A stretch of DNA of 64,000 nt from Acidobacteriota bacterium (GCA_032127265.1 JAQAZP010000103.1:831-64830), one strand, 5' to 3'; positions 29,167 to 40,166 are shown, counted from the stretch's first letter. Notes: generated by a model not told the origin, from the letters alone. Numbers and translations: made by a program.

Positions 29167-30600
29167 ATGGTATCCCATGCCGCGCCGCGGCACCACCCAG
29201 AGAGCCGGATTGCGAAACCGAGGATCATCGTCCGTGCCCTGGCCTGCCTGGCGCTGCTGGCCCTGCTGGCTCTGCAGGCCGGCAGCGGTTGCGGCCGGCC
29301 TGCAGAGCCAGTCAACGTGGTCTGGATCACCCTCGACGCCCTGCGCGCCGACCACCTCGGCTGCTACGGCTACCCGCGCCCCACCAGCCCCTTTCTCGAC
29401 AGCCTGGCCGGGCAGGGCGTGAGGTTCGACGCGGCCTTTTCCCAGGCCCCGGCCACCAAAGCCTCGGTGGCCTCCATGTTCACCTCACTGCACCCCTCGA
29501 TCCACCAGGCCGTGGCCCACGGCAGCACCGGGCGGGAAGGCGACGTGCTTCCGGCACGGGCCACCACCCTCGCCGAGCGGTTCGCCGAAACCGGGATGCT
29601 CACCGCCGGGTTCGTGGCCAACCCGCACCTGCAGGAGGTGTTCGGCTTTCACCAGGGATTCGACGTCTACCGCTACCTCTCCCGCGGGCCGGTGGCCAAG
29701 GCCGACACAGTTATCGGCGACGTTCTCGGCTGGCTCGGCGCCGAACCGCAGGTCCACACGCGGCCTTTCTTTCTCTACATCCACCTGATGGACACCCACT
29801 TCCCTTACGAGCCGCCCCAGCCCCACCGGGGGATGTTCGTGCCCCCGGCCCTTGAAAACGGCCATGCCGTCTATACCAACGGGATCCCCGACACCCCGCC
29901 CAGTCCACGGGATATGGAATTCATCCAGGGACTCTATGACGGGGCCCTTCATTTTGCCGACCAGCACATCGAAACCCTGGTCCGCGAGATGGGGCGGATG
30001 GGTCTGCTGGAGAATACCCTGCTGGTGGTGACCGCCGACCATGGTGACGAGTTCCTCGACCACGGCGGCCTGGGCCACGGCTCCTCGCTCTACAACGAGT
30101 TGATCCGCGTCCCGCTGATCATGGTGCACCCCACCCGGCTACCCGCCGGCCGGGTGATCCGCACACCGGTGGCCCTGGTGGATCTCGGCCCCACCATTCT
30201 CGCCTGGTGCGGTATCAACTGGGACCCCGCACTGGTCACCGGCATCGACCGTTCGGCCCTGCTGAGCGGAGGCGACCTGACCGACCGGGCCGAAGCCGCC
30301 CCACCGCTGATCAGCGAACGCTCCCGGTTCCAGGTAGCGCTGATCGCCGATGGCCACAAATACGTTTTTCGCCGCAAACCGGGCAACGGCGAAAAACTGT
30401 TCGATCTGCACAGCGACAGCCTCGAAGCGAACAACCTGATGTGGTCGGACAAGGCACTGCGGGACCGGATGACGGCGGAAGCCGCCGCCAGCTGGGCGGA
30501 GATCAACGCCCTCAACGAGAAGCTGGGCCTCGAGCAGTCTAGTGCGCCGATGACCGACGGGACCCGCGATCAGTTGAGGCAGCTGGGATACATCGAATAG
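29167..30600 (+). CDS. sulfatase-like hydrolase (alkaline phosphatase superfamily)
   Basis: VVWITLDALRADHLGCYGYPRPTSPFLDSL, TADHGDEF. Signal peptide with Cys (lipoprotein-like). C-terminus ends ...LRQLGYIE. Confidence 0.75.
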   Translation: MVSHAAPRHHPESRIAKPRIIVRALACLALLALLALQAGSGCGRPAEPVNVVWITLDALRADHLGCYGYPRPTSPFLDSLAGQGVRFDAAFSQAPATKASVASMFTSLHPSIHQAVAHGSTGREGDVLPARATTLAERFAETGMLTAGFVANPHLQEVFGFHQGFDVYRYLSRGPVAKADTVIGDVLGWLGAEPQVHTRPFFLYIHLMDTHFPYEPPQPHRGMFVPPALENGHAVYTNGIPDTPPSPRDMEFIQGLYDGALHFADQHIETLVREMGRMGLLENTLLVVTADHGDEFLDHGGLGHGSSLYNELIRVPLIMVHPTRLPAGRVIRTPVALVDLGPTILAWCGINWDPALVTGIDRSALLSGGDLTDRAEAAPPLISERSRFQVALIADGHKYVFRRKPGNGEKLFDLHSDSLEANNLMWSDKALRDRMTAEAAASWAEINALNEKLGLEQSSAPMTDGTRDQLRQLGYIE

Positions 30601-30781
30601 AATAGCGGTGGTGAGATGAGCATCGCGTCCCTGCACGTGCCCGGTTGAAATGGGGCGCGGCGGAGGATGGCAGCCTGGAGGTTGGATCGGAACTCCGCAC
30701 GCACAGTGGCGGGTGATCCGCTGCACGCCGGAACACTGACCGGATCGTGACCCCCTCCACAACCTGGTGTCAGGAAGAGCA

Positions 30782-31288
30782 ATGAGGCTTTCACAGATCA
30801 TTCGCGGGGGATTTGTCTGCTTCGAGATGTCCACTCGGGACGAACCGCCCGAGGACCCGGACTACGACCGGGACAAGTATGTCCGCTCGGTGAAACGCAA
30901 TGCGATAACCGAGATCTGCGGCCTGTTCGACGGCGGCGGCCAGGTGCTCAACCAGACCAAGCTGTTCAAGGACCTCTGGAACCGGGAGAAGCGGGCCACC
31001 ACCGCCATGGGCTCGGGCATCGCCATCCCCCACGTCCGCACCATGCAGGCCCGGAGCCTGGTGCTGGGATTTTCCCGCTCCGGCAGCGGCATGCCCTTCG
31101 ACGCGCCCGACGGCCAGCCGGTGCATCTCTTCTTCTCCATCATCGGCCCGCGCCACGAGGAAGCGGCCTACCTCAAGATCTACCGCGAAATCGCCCTGAT
31201 CTTCCGCTATCCCGCCGCCCACCAGATGCTGATGGAAGCGTCGAGCGAGTGGGAGGTGCTGCGGGTGCTCGACGGCCACGTGGACTGA
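30782..31288 (+). CDS. ptsN: PTS EIIA(Ntr)-type protein
   Basis: TTAMGSGIAIPHVR contains the phosphorylatable His of the fructose/mannitol EIIA fold. Start placed at ATG 30782 (AGGAAG SD); the track ORF begins at GTG 30767. Confidence 0.7.
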   Translation: MRLSQIIRGGFVCFEMSTRDEPPEDPDYDRDKYVRSVKRNAITEICGLFDGGGQVLNQTKLFKDLWNREKRATTAMGSGIAIPHVRTMQARSLVLGFSRSGSGMPFDAPDGQPVHLFFSIIGPRHEEAAYLKIYREIALIFRYPAAHQMLMEASSEWEVLRVLDGHVD

Positions 31289-31465
31289 AACCGGCCCTCA
31301 CGGCGACAATTGCCGATTCCCCATTTGATCCGGCGGAAGAATGAATTAATATGGAGATCCTGCGGACGGGCCGGGATGGCACCCGGCACGCCCGGCTGAT
31401 CTGATGTCAAAACAGCGGCCGGCAGCCCGTCGAGAGCCCGGTCAGGAACAAAAGGAGAGAGTCCC

Positions 31466-32548
31466 GTGTCGAAGCTCAAAGACCAGATCGCCCCCGGCGT
31501 GGTCACCGGGAAGGATGTGCAGCAGATATTTTCAGTGGCCAAGGCGAACAAATTTGCGCTTCCAGCGGTTAACGTCGTCGGCACCAACTCGGTGAATGCC
31601 GTGCTGGAAACCGCCGCGGCGGTGGACTCGCCGGTGATGGTCCAGTTCTCCCACTCCGGCGCGGCCTTCTTCGCCGGCAAGGGAATGCCCGGTGAGGGGC
31701 ACGCCGTGGCCGTGGCCGGAGCCATCTCCGGCGCCATCCATGTCCACCAGGTCTCCTCGGCTTACGGCATCCCGGTGATCGTGCACACCGACCACGCCGC
31801 GCGGAAGCTGCTGCCCTGGATCGACGCCCTGCTGGCCGCCGGTGAGGATTTCCACAAGGCCCACGGCATCCCCCTCTACAGCTCGCACATGATCGACCTC
31901 TCCAACGAACCGATCAAGGAGAACATCGAGACCTGCAAGCCGTATCTCGAGCGGATGAGCAAGCTGGGAATGACCCTGGAGATCGAACTGGGCGTCACCG
32001 GCGGTGAGGAGGACGGGGTGGACAACACCGACGTGGACAGCGCCCGCCTCTACACCCAGCCCGAGGAAGTGGCTTACGCCTACGAGCAGTTGAGCGCAAT
32101 CAGCGACGCCTTCACCGTGGCCGCCGCCTTCGGCAATGTCCACGGGGTCTACAAGCCGGGCAACGTCCAGCTGCGGCCGGTGATCCTGCACAACACCCAG
32201 AAGTTCATCCAGGAGAAGTTCGGCACCGGCGAACTGCCGGTGAACTTCGTCTTCCACGGCGGCTCGGGTTCGAGCACCGAGGAGATCCGCGAGGCGATCT
32301 CCTACGGTGCAATCAAGATGAACCTCGACACCGACATGCAGTGGGCCTTCTGGGAGGGGGTGCACAACTACTACCGCGAGAAGAAGGACTACCTCCAGGG
32401 CCAGATCGGCAACCCCGAAGGGGAGGACAAGCCGAACAAGAAGCACTACGACCCGCGCGCCTGGCTCAGACAGGGCGAACTCTCCTTCATTGACCGGCTG
32501 ACCAGGGCCTTCGAGGACCTCAACTGCATCGGCGCCATGGCGCTCTGA
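31466..32548 (+). CDS. fbaA: fructose-bisphosphate aldolase class II
   Basis: 360 aa, class II FBA motifs (FALPAVNVVGTNS, HTDHA, GNVHG). Confidence 0.92.
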   Translation: MSKLKDQIAPGVVTGKDVQQIFSVAKANKFALPAVNVVGTNSVNAVLETAAAVDSPVMVQFSHSGAAFFAGKGMPGEGHAVAVAGAISGAIHVHQVSSAYGIPVIVHTDHAARKLLPWIDALLAAGEDFHKAHGIPLYSSHMIDLSNEPIKENIETCKPYLERMSKLGMTLEIELGVTGGEEDGVDNTDVDSARLYTQPEEVAYAYEQLSAISDAFTVAAAFGNVHGVYKPGNVQLRPVILHNTQKFIQEKFGTGELPVNFVFHGGSGSSTEEIREAISYGAIKMNLDTDMQWAFWEGVHNYYREKKDYLQGQIGNPEGEDKPNKKHYDPRAWLRQGELSFIDRLTRAFEDLNCIGAMAL

Positions 32549-32566
32549 CCGGCATTCGACCCTGCG

Positions 32567-32594
32567 GGGCCGGCACCTTTTGGTGCCGGCCCCG
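32567..32594 (+). terminator. GC-rich hairpin after fbaA
   Basis: ggggccggcacc-tttt-ggtgccggcccc. No strong U-tract. Confidence 0.4.
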
Positions 32595-32792
32595 TTCCCA
32601 TCGCCCCAAAAAAACGCTTGCTATTCTTCACATTCCTGCTAGGATTATTTTTAATAAGAAGATAAACCCCCATGATTCGTTAAAAGTTGTGCATTTCCCC
32701 CAGGCTGCGGACCGGTTTGCAAACCGATTCGCACCATGCCGGCGGAACCGGTGCGAATCGTCCCGGCCCATCGGCGACAACAGGAGGCAGCC

Positions 32793-32990
32793 ATGGCCTA
32801 CGCGCACACCAACTCCAAGGGCGTCACTTACATCCTTCATTCCAAGGCAGTGCAACTTAAGGGCGGCAAGGTGCAGACCATCTACTTCTTTGCCAAGGAG
32901 GAGAAGGCGGAGGGGGCCCTGCCCTCGGTCCCGGCAGGATATATGGTCTCGGAGACCAAGAACGGTCTGCCGGTGCTCAAGCGCGCCTGA
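32793..32990 (+). CDS. small hypothetical protein (65 aa)
   Basis: ATG at 32793 preceded by CAGGAGG. Two palindromes lie just upstream: cggtttgcaaaccg and cgattcgcacc-N14-ggtgcgaatcg. Confidence 0.4.
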   Translation: MAYAHTNSKGVTYILHSKAVQLKGGKVQTIYFFAKEEKAEGALPSVPAGYMVSETKNGLPVLKRA

Positions 32991-33490
32991 GACTGGTGAG
33001 AGCAGGATGAAGGGGTGACCAGCAACCGGCCGCTGACGGTCCAAGCTATCCCCAAGCAGCCCGGTGCCATCTTGCTTGAAGGGGAGCTTTACTGTAAGCT
33101 TGTAAAAAGCTATACACTGATTCTCCTGCGAGATTCAGGGTTTTTCCATCGATCAGTCAACCGCAGCTATTTTTTAAACCCTGACTCGAGTTTCTTGTCT
33201 AGCTTAAGAGAAGGATACTCTGTACTTTATCGCTTGAACGACGGGGCAGGCCGAGAGTGCTGTCCGCGGGCCGAGAAGTAGCCTTGATTGCACCGGCCTG
33301 ATTCAAGTGCGATGCAGGTTATGCCGATACTAACGAAACCGATTAAACTTCGTACCACATACAAGGGGGGATTCAGCAGGCCACTGCAGAAAGGAGGCGT
33401 TCAGTCCGACGTGATGTTGCAGATGCCGGATTTCCGGCTTTCCCGTAGTCCCCTGACAAAACAATAGTTCGAGCAGAGGGAATTCACCAG

Positions 33491-34510
33491 ATGAAGAAAT
33501 CGATTTATTTCAGCGTTATTTTCATTGCCATGCTCTTCTGCTTTGCCTCGGTCAATGCATCGGCCCAAACCGGCAGTCTCCAGGGTACGGTCACCGACCT
33601 GGACACCGGCCTGCCCCTGGAAGGGGTGATGGTCAAGGCAATGCCCATTGACGAAGAGACCGACGGCCACGGCGGCGGACATGGCGGCGGACATGGCGGC
33701 GGTCACGGCGGATGGTGGAACTGCGCCACCACCGGCGCGGACGGCACCTACCTCATCGATGAGCTGGATCCCGGCATGTACGACGTGACAGCCATGGGCC
33801 CCGGCTACTATAGCGCGGACACCGAGGTCGAGATCGTCGACGGCGAGGCCGCCACCGCTGACTTCGCCCTTGAAATGCTGATGTTCGGCTCGCTCTCCGG
33901 CACCGTGACCGACGCTGACAGCGGCCTGCCTCTGGGCGGCGCTTTTATCCGAGTGGCGGTGACCGAACCCAAGAAATCAAAGACGCATGTTCTCGGCACC
34001 GGGAATCGCCACCACGGCGGCGGCTGCGGACAATACTACCACGCCATGACCGGCGAGGACGGCACCTATCTCATCGACAACGTCATCGTGGATTACTACG
34101 AAGTCCGCGCGTCGAAGTGTGGCTATAACCCCACCGACGCGGTGAGCCTCTTTGTGATCGAGGACGAGACGGCCGTAGCCGACTTTGCGCTCACGCCGCT
34201 GACCTACGGCGCGCTCGAGGGCTACGTCACCGACGCCGGCACCGGCGAACCCATCGAGGGCGCCTGGGTAATGCTGCGTATTGATGACGGCACGCTGCAC
34301 CATGGCGGCCACGGCGGTGGCGGATGGGGCGGCGGCCACTGCTGGGCCACCACCGACGAGAACGGTTACTACCTGATGGACGAGGTAGTGACTGGTGCCT
34401 ACATTGGTTATGCCATGGCTTGGTACTATGAGTATGGCGAGGGTTCGGTGGTCATCGTCGAGGGCGAGACCGCACAGCTGGACTTCGCGCTCGTGCTTGA
34501 CACTGAATAA
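33491..34510 (+). CDS. secreted protein with three tandem carboxypeptidase-regulatory-like (beta-sandwich) repeats, each carrying a His/Gly-rich insert
   Basis: Sec signal peptide (MKKSIYFSVIFIAMLFCFASVNASAQT). Three repeats of about 100 aa of the form G(S/A)L.G.VTD...G.PL.GA.V....(His/Gly insert)...DGTY.ID.L..G.Y.V......DFAL. Inserts: HGGGHGGGHGGGHGGWWNC, NRHHGGGCGQYYH, LHHGGHGGGGWGGGHCW. Confidence 0.65.
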   Translation: MKKSIYFSVIFIAMLFCFASVNASAQTGSLQGTVTDLDTGLPLEGVMVKAMPIDEETDGHGGGHGGGHGGGHGGWWNCATTGADGTYLIDELDPGMYDVTAMGPGYYSADTEVEIVDGEAATADFALEMLMFGSLSGTVTDADSGLPLGGAFIRVAVTEPKKSKTHVLGTGNRHHGGGCGQYYHAMTGEDGTYLIDNVIVDYYEVRASKCGYNPTDAVSLFVIEDETAVADFALTPLTYGALEGYVTDAGTGEPIEGAWVMLRIDDGTLHHGGHGGGGWGGGHCWATTDENGYYLMDEVVTGAYIGYAMAWYYEYGEGSVVIVEGETAQLDFALVLDTE

Positions 34511-34543
34511 CTGAAAACTTGGCCCCTTTCAACGGCTGCAGGC

Positions 34544-34582
34544 CCCAGGCATGCAGCCGTTTCTTTTTTTCAACCATGTTCT
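34544..34582 (+). terminator. rho-independent terminator
   Basis: cggctgca-ggccccaggca-tgcagccg followed by TTTCTTTTTTTC. Confidence 0.5.
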
Positions 34583-34591
34583 ATGGGTGAT

Positions 34592-34705
34592 TGAAAAACC
34601 TCACCTAAGGCTCAAGGGCAAGGCGCGCGCCGCTGAGCAAGCGGAGCCTACTCTGTAGTAGGTGAGCATTGCGAAGTGGCGCGCAACGCAGCCATTGAGT
34701 CTTAG
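34592..34705. repeat. 17-bp terminal inverted repeat (gaaaaacctcacctaag / cttaggtgaggtttttc) flanking an approximately 85-bp spacer with internal palindromes
   Basis: Read from the sequence. Spacer contains cctactctgtagtagg and ggcgcgcgcc. The right arm overlaps the stop of the convergent GT4 gene. Confidence 0.45.
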
Positions 34706-35871
34706 GTGAGGTTTTTCAAGAGTGATTCGTACTGGCCCATAACCCGGTCCCAGGTATAGTTGGCCAGGTAGTAGGCATTGCCCTGGCGGCCCAGGGTATG
34801 CCCCAGGTCGGGCCGCTCCAGCAGCAGGTTCAGCGCGTGGGAGAACTCCTCGAAGCTCCGGTAGCTCAGACCGCCGTCGGCGCGACGCACCTGGCCCTCG
34901 AGCACCGGGCAGCTGGCGTTGACCAGCACCGGTCGGTTACGCCCCCAGGCTTCCAGCACCACCATGCAGAGGCTTTCATAGCGCGAGGGGACCACCAGCA
35001 TGGAGCAGGCATCCAACGCCTGGTATTTCTCCCGGTCATCCACCCCGCCGAGGTGGATGATGTCCGGGTGCTGGGGAATCTGAAGCACCGGGGTGCCGAT
35101 GAGCACCAGCCGGGTGAAGAGATGGCGGATCCGGCTGTGGCTGATAAAGTGGTCGAAGAGCTGGTCGCAGCCCTTGTTCCAGTCGATCCGTCCGATGTAG
35201 AGAAGAAACGGCCCGTCCAGGCCATGCTTTTGCCGAAAGTCTTCGGTGGATCCCACGTTCCCGGGAATTTCCACGCCCACCCCCACGACCTCGCCGGGGG
35301 CGGCACGTCCACCGGTGACCCGGTGGACCAGTTCACGTTCCTCCACCGAGTTGTGCACGATGGCCCGGGGGAGGCCGAACATCCGGGCAAAGATCCCGAG
35401 AAAAACCGCTTCGTCTTCCTCCGCGGTGGGGACGAGGATTGCTTTGCGGCCCAGCGCCTTCACGCCGTGAAAGCTGGTGTAGTAGCGGTAACAGAAGAAA
35501 AAGACAAAGTCGAAACGGCTCTCTTCGCGCTGGATCGCTTCCACCAGCGCCGGGGCGTAGGGGCCGTTCTCTTCCACCCAGAGCAGCTCGTCCTCCTTGC
35601 TGTGCTCCTGATGAAAAACATGGTGCGAGATATCCGAGAAGCGGTCCAGGTTTCGCTGCCGCGCGACGGCGAACCGGTGAACCGGAATGCCGTTTACCTC
35701 CTCGGTACTCTGGGGGTAGTGATTTTTCCAGAGCAGGTATTCAAAGGCGCAGGTGGTGAACACCTCCACATCGTGGTTCACGGAGAGCCGTTCCGCGATC
35801 CAGCGGCAGTGCAGCTCGGCGCCGCCGTTGATCTCCAGTCCATATCGCTGAACCACGAATGCCAGACGCAT
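34702..35871 (-). CDS. glycosyltransferase family 4
   Basis: GT4 C-terminal signature region (PSRYESLCMVVLEAWGRNRPVLV). Confidence 0.85.
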   Translation of the reverse strand: MRLAFVVQRYGLEINGGAELHCRWIAERLSVNHDVEVFTTCAFEYLLWKNHYPQSTEEVNGIPVHRFAVARQRNLDRFSDISHHVFHQEHSKEDELLWVEENGPYAPALVEAIQREESRFDFVFFFCYRYYTSFHGVKALGRKAILVPTAEEDEAVFLGIFARMFGLPRAIVHNSVEERELVHRVTGGRAAPGEVVGVGVEIPGNVGSTEDFRQKHGLDGPFLLYIGRIDWNKGCDQLFDHFISHSRIRHLFTRLVLIGTPVLQIPQHPDIIHLGGVDDREKYQALDACSMLVVPSRYESLCMVVLEAWGRNRPVLVNASCPVLEGQVRRADGGLSYRSFEEFSHALNLLLERPDLGHTLGRQGNAYYLANYTWDRVMGQYESLLKNLT

Positions 35872-35903
35872 CAGATCCTTCTCCGGCCGGTCAGCGGCCC
35901 TGG

Positions 35904-36488
35904 CTAGCTCTCACCGTCCCCCGGACGGCCCGGCTTGCCGGGCAGCGCTTCCGGTTCCAGCTGGATACCCTCCTGCCGCAAGCGCTCGCGCAGGCGGTGA
36001 ATCTCCCGTTCCAGCGCGGCCAGCTTGTGCCGCTGGTCCAACTGGTCCCGGCGCTGGAGGGCCAGGTCGCGAACCAGGACGCGGATGGCGCGAAAGTGGT
36101 AGAGGTTGAGCTGGGCCTGACGGTTGACCAGGAAATCGGTGTAGAGCCGGACAAAGGGCCGGAGCAGTTTCTTGCACCAGATGATGAGGAAACTGGGGCC
36201 GTTGCGGTGCGAGGAAATCCGGTAGTCAGGGTCGATGTTCCAGTCGTCGTCCTCGACCAGAAGCCGGTCGGCCAGATCTTTGGGTATCCCGCTTCTGGTG
36301 GCCAGATCCCGCAGCTCCAGTTCCACTTCACGGGCCAGGTCGATGTCGATGTACTCTCCGGCAGTCTGCTTGCGCCTGATCTCGGCCCGGATCGCCTCCT
36401 GGAGCGTACTGGTATCCCGGTGGCCTTCGCGGTGAAGGGGAATTATCACACCGTCCTGGTCGGTTTTGCCGGCCATCGGGTCTCCCAT
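35904..36488 (-). CDS. hypothetical protein (about 194 aa)
   Basis: Start taken at MGDPMAGK, 2 nt after the yggS stop. C-terminal coiled-coil-like segment. No recognised domain. Confidence 0.45.
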   Translation of the reverse strand: MGDPMAGKTDQDGVIIPLHREGHRDTSTLQEAIRAEIRRKQTAGEYIDIDLAREVELELRDLATRSGIPKDLADRLLVEDDDWNIDPDYRISSHRNGPSFLIIWCKKLLRPFVRLYTDFLVNRQAQLNLYHFRAIRVLVRDLALQRRDQLDQRHKLAALEREIHRLRERLRQEGIQLEPEALPGKPGRPGDGES

Positions 36489-36489
36489 C

Positions 36490-37197
36490 TCAGTTTCCGT
36501 CCCACCGGGATCCGAACAGCGCGGTTCCCACCCGGATGATGGTGGCACCTTCCTCCACCGCCACCTCCAGATCGTGGCTCATTCCCATGGACAGGTGCCG
36601 AAAGGTATCCAGGCCTTTCGCCTCGCCCCTGGCCAGCCCGTCGCGGAGCTCGCGCAGCCGCCTGAACCAGGGACGCACCTCTTCCGGCTCCGCTCCCCAG
36701 GGGGGGATGGTCATCAGCCCGCAAAGCCGGAGGTTCGGCAGATCACGCACGGCCGCCACCATCCGGGGGAGGTCCTCCTCGGCGGCGCCATGCTTGGTTG
36801 CCTCCTCCCCCTGGTGGACCTGGAGCAGGATATCGCGGGTCGTTTCAAATGTCCCGGCCCAGCGGTCCAGACGAACGGCAAGATCCTCGCTGTCCACGGT
36901 GTGGATCATCTGGAAGCAGCGGGCCGCGTCACGGGCCTTGTTCTTTTGCAGGTGGCCGATAAAATGCCAGACAGCGTCCCCGAGATCTTCCGCCTGGTCT
37001 ACCTTGGCCGCCCCTTCCTGGATGCGGTTCTCCCCGAAGAGCCGCAGCCCGGCCCGGTATCCCTCGCGGATGGCCTCCAGCGGTACGGTCTTGCTCACCG
37101 CAAGGAGTTCTATCTCACCGGGGTCGCGGCCGGCACGCTGCGCGGCCCGGTCGATCCGCGCCCGCACATCTTCGATGTTTCGCTGCCGGAAGGCCAA
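36490..37197 (-). CDS. yggS: YggS-family pyridoxal-phosphate homeostasis protein
   Basis: ...VRARIDRAAQRAGRDPGEIELLAVSKT...FGENRIQEG...WHFIGHLQKNK...GLMTIPP...MGMSHD, an alanine-racemase-N fold. Start placed at TTG 37197 with an AAGGGGG SD. The track ORF extends to 37458 with a non-homologous Cys/His-rich leader. Confidence 0.8.
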   Translation of the reverse strand: MAFRQRNIEDVRARIDRAAQRAGRDPGEIELLAVSKTVPLEAIREGYRAGLRLFGENRIQEGAAKVDQAEDLGDAVWHFIGHLQKNKARDAARCFQMIHTVDSEDLAVRLDRWAGTFETTRDILLQVHQGEEATKHGAAEEDLPRMVAAVRDLPNLRLCGLMTIPPWGAEPEEVRPWFRRLRELRDGLARGEAKGLDTFRHLSMGMSHDLEVAVEEGATIIRVGTALFGSRWDGN

Positions 37198-37378
37198 GCT
37201 CAGCCCCCTTTTCTCGCAGGACTTCGTCGCGAGATGGTGGAGATGCCCATGGTTACAAGGCGCACGAGCAAGACCCGGCGAAGACATATTGAAATATGTC
37301 GAGGTGGGTTTTGCTCGTGCAACGCAGTAAACATGGGCATCTCCGCCTTCGCAGCAGATGGACTGTGAGAAACGGGGG

Positions 37379-38121
37379 CTAACTGGTCTCCTCCGAACCC
37401 ACGGCCGAGGCCGGCGGCTTGTTGCCGGACCAGAAGAGTATCCGCTTGCAGTTGTCACAGTGCATGATCTCGGTGAGCAGCTTCACTTCGCAAACCAGCT
37501 GCGGGCGGAGCCGGACGTGGCAGGACATGCAGGTCTCGCCCACTACCCGGGCCACACCCACGCCTCCGCGGGCGGCGGCCACCCGTTTGAAGACAGAGAT
37601 GATCGAGGGGTCGATGACGGTTTCCAGGGCCTCGATCCTTCTGGCCAGCTCGTCCTTTTCGGCGGCCAGCTTCTCCCGCTTGGCCTCCAGTTCGGCACGC
37701 TCCTCCTCACACTGTTTGCAGAGCAGTTCGTGGTCGGCCTTGTGCCGCAGCAGCTCGCTGGAGATCCGCTTGGACAGTTCTTCCTGCTCGTACTGTCCCT
37801 CGAGAATGCGGTATGAAGATTCCTCGGCGGCCTCAATCTGGCGCTCCATGGCCCGGTACTGTACGTTGGTCTTGATTTCCTTGCTGTTGTTCAGCTGGCT
37901 CTTGTATCCGGAGATCTTGACCTGGAGGCCCTCCATCTCGCCGCCCAGACGCCGCATCTCTTTGCCCGCCTCTTCTCTCTGGCCTTGCAGTTCGGCAAAT
38001 GTCTCGTCAGATAGCTTGAGCTTCTCCCCGGTCTGCTCGATCCGCCCGGGGATGGTCTCCATCTCGACCTCCATCTGCACGATGATCAGGGAGAGGCGCT
38101 GCAATTCCATCAGTTTCTTCA
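37379..38121 (-). CDS. coiled-coil protein with C-terminal C4 zinc ribbon (COG1579-like)
   Basis: Long heptad-rich region followed by CMSCHVRL...CDNCKRIL. Start taken at MKKLMELQ, placed at about 38121 by direct reading of the DNA. Confidence 0.7.
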
Positions 38122-38197
38122 TTTGCTCTTCCACAGTAACCTCGATTGCCCGGCGACCGGGTGGGGGCCCGGATGGCCTCTGTTCAGCCGTACATGA

Positions 38198-38222
38198 AAA
38201 AGGGTGCCGCACGCACGGCACC
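38198..38222 (-). terminator. rho-independent terminator on the minus strand
   Basis: Minus strand reads gggtgccgtgcgtgcggcaccc followed by TTTTTC, downstream of the tRNA. Confidence 0.45.
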
Positions 38223-38351
38223 CTGCAAGATCCTCGGGCCGGCAAAACACCGCCACGAGGGGGGGGGCGCGGGTGATGCCGCGAACCGACCCGCCCTGTG
38301 AACGGGGAGCTGGCACCGGATTTCCATGATCTGCCACGCCTCATTCAGTTA

Positions 38352-38429
38352 TGGTGGGCCCACCTGGGATCGAACCAGGGACCAGCCGGTTATGAGCCGG
38401 CGGCTCTGCCAACTGAGCTATGGGCCCAC
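38352..38429 (-). tRNA. tRNA-Met (anticodon CAU; elongator type, or the lysidine-modified Ile2 species)
   Basis: Reverse complement folds as GUGGGCC-CAUAGCUCAGUUGGCAGAGC-CGCCGGCUCAUAACCGGCUGG-UCCC-UGGUUCGAUCCCAGG-UGGGCCCACCA. 1:72 is a G:C pair, so this is not an initiator. CCA is encoded. Confidence 0.85.
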
Positions 38430-38459
38430 GTGGATGGACGAAAACGTACACCGGGGCTC

Positions 38460-40166
<1,707 letters not shown>

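Noticed and set aside
36490-37458. Cys/His-rich leader (about 85 aa) on the YggS ORF
   Set aside because: Homology to YggS begins only around residue 88, where a TTG with a good SD exists. The leader is most likely untranslated upstream sequence. It is kept in mind because CNHGHLHHLATKSC could be a metal site if the upstream ATG (37287) were used.
38101-38170. Apparent 1-nt frame inconsistency when hand-translating the zinc-ribbon gene start
   Set aside because: Most likely my own indexing slip in a G-run (ccggggtggggg). The start coordinate is given as approximate and this is not treated as a frameshift.
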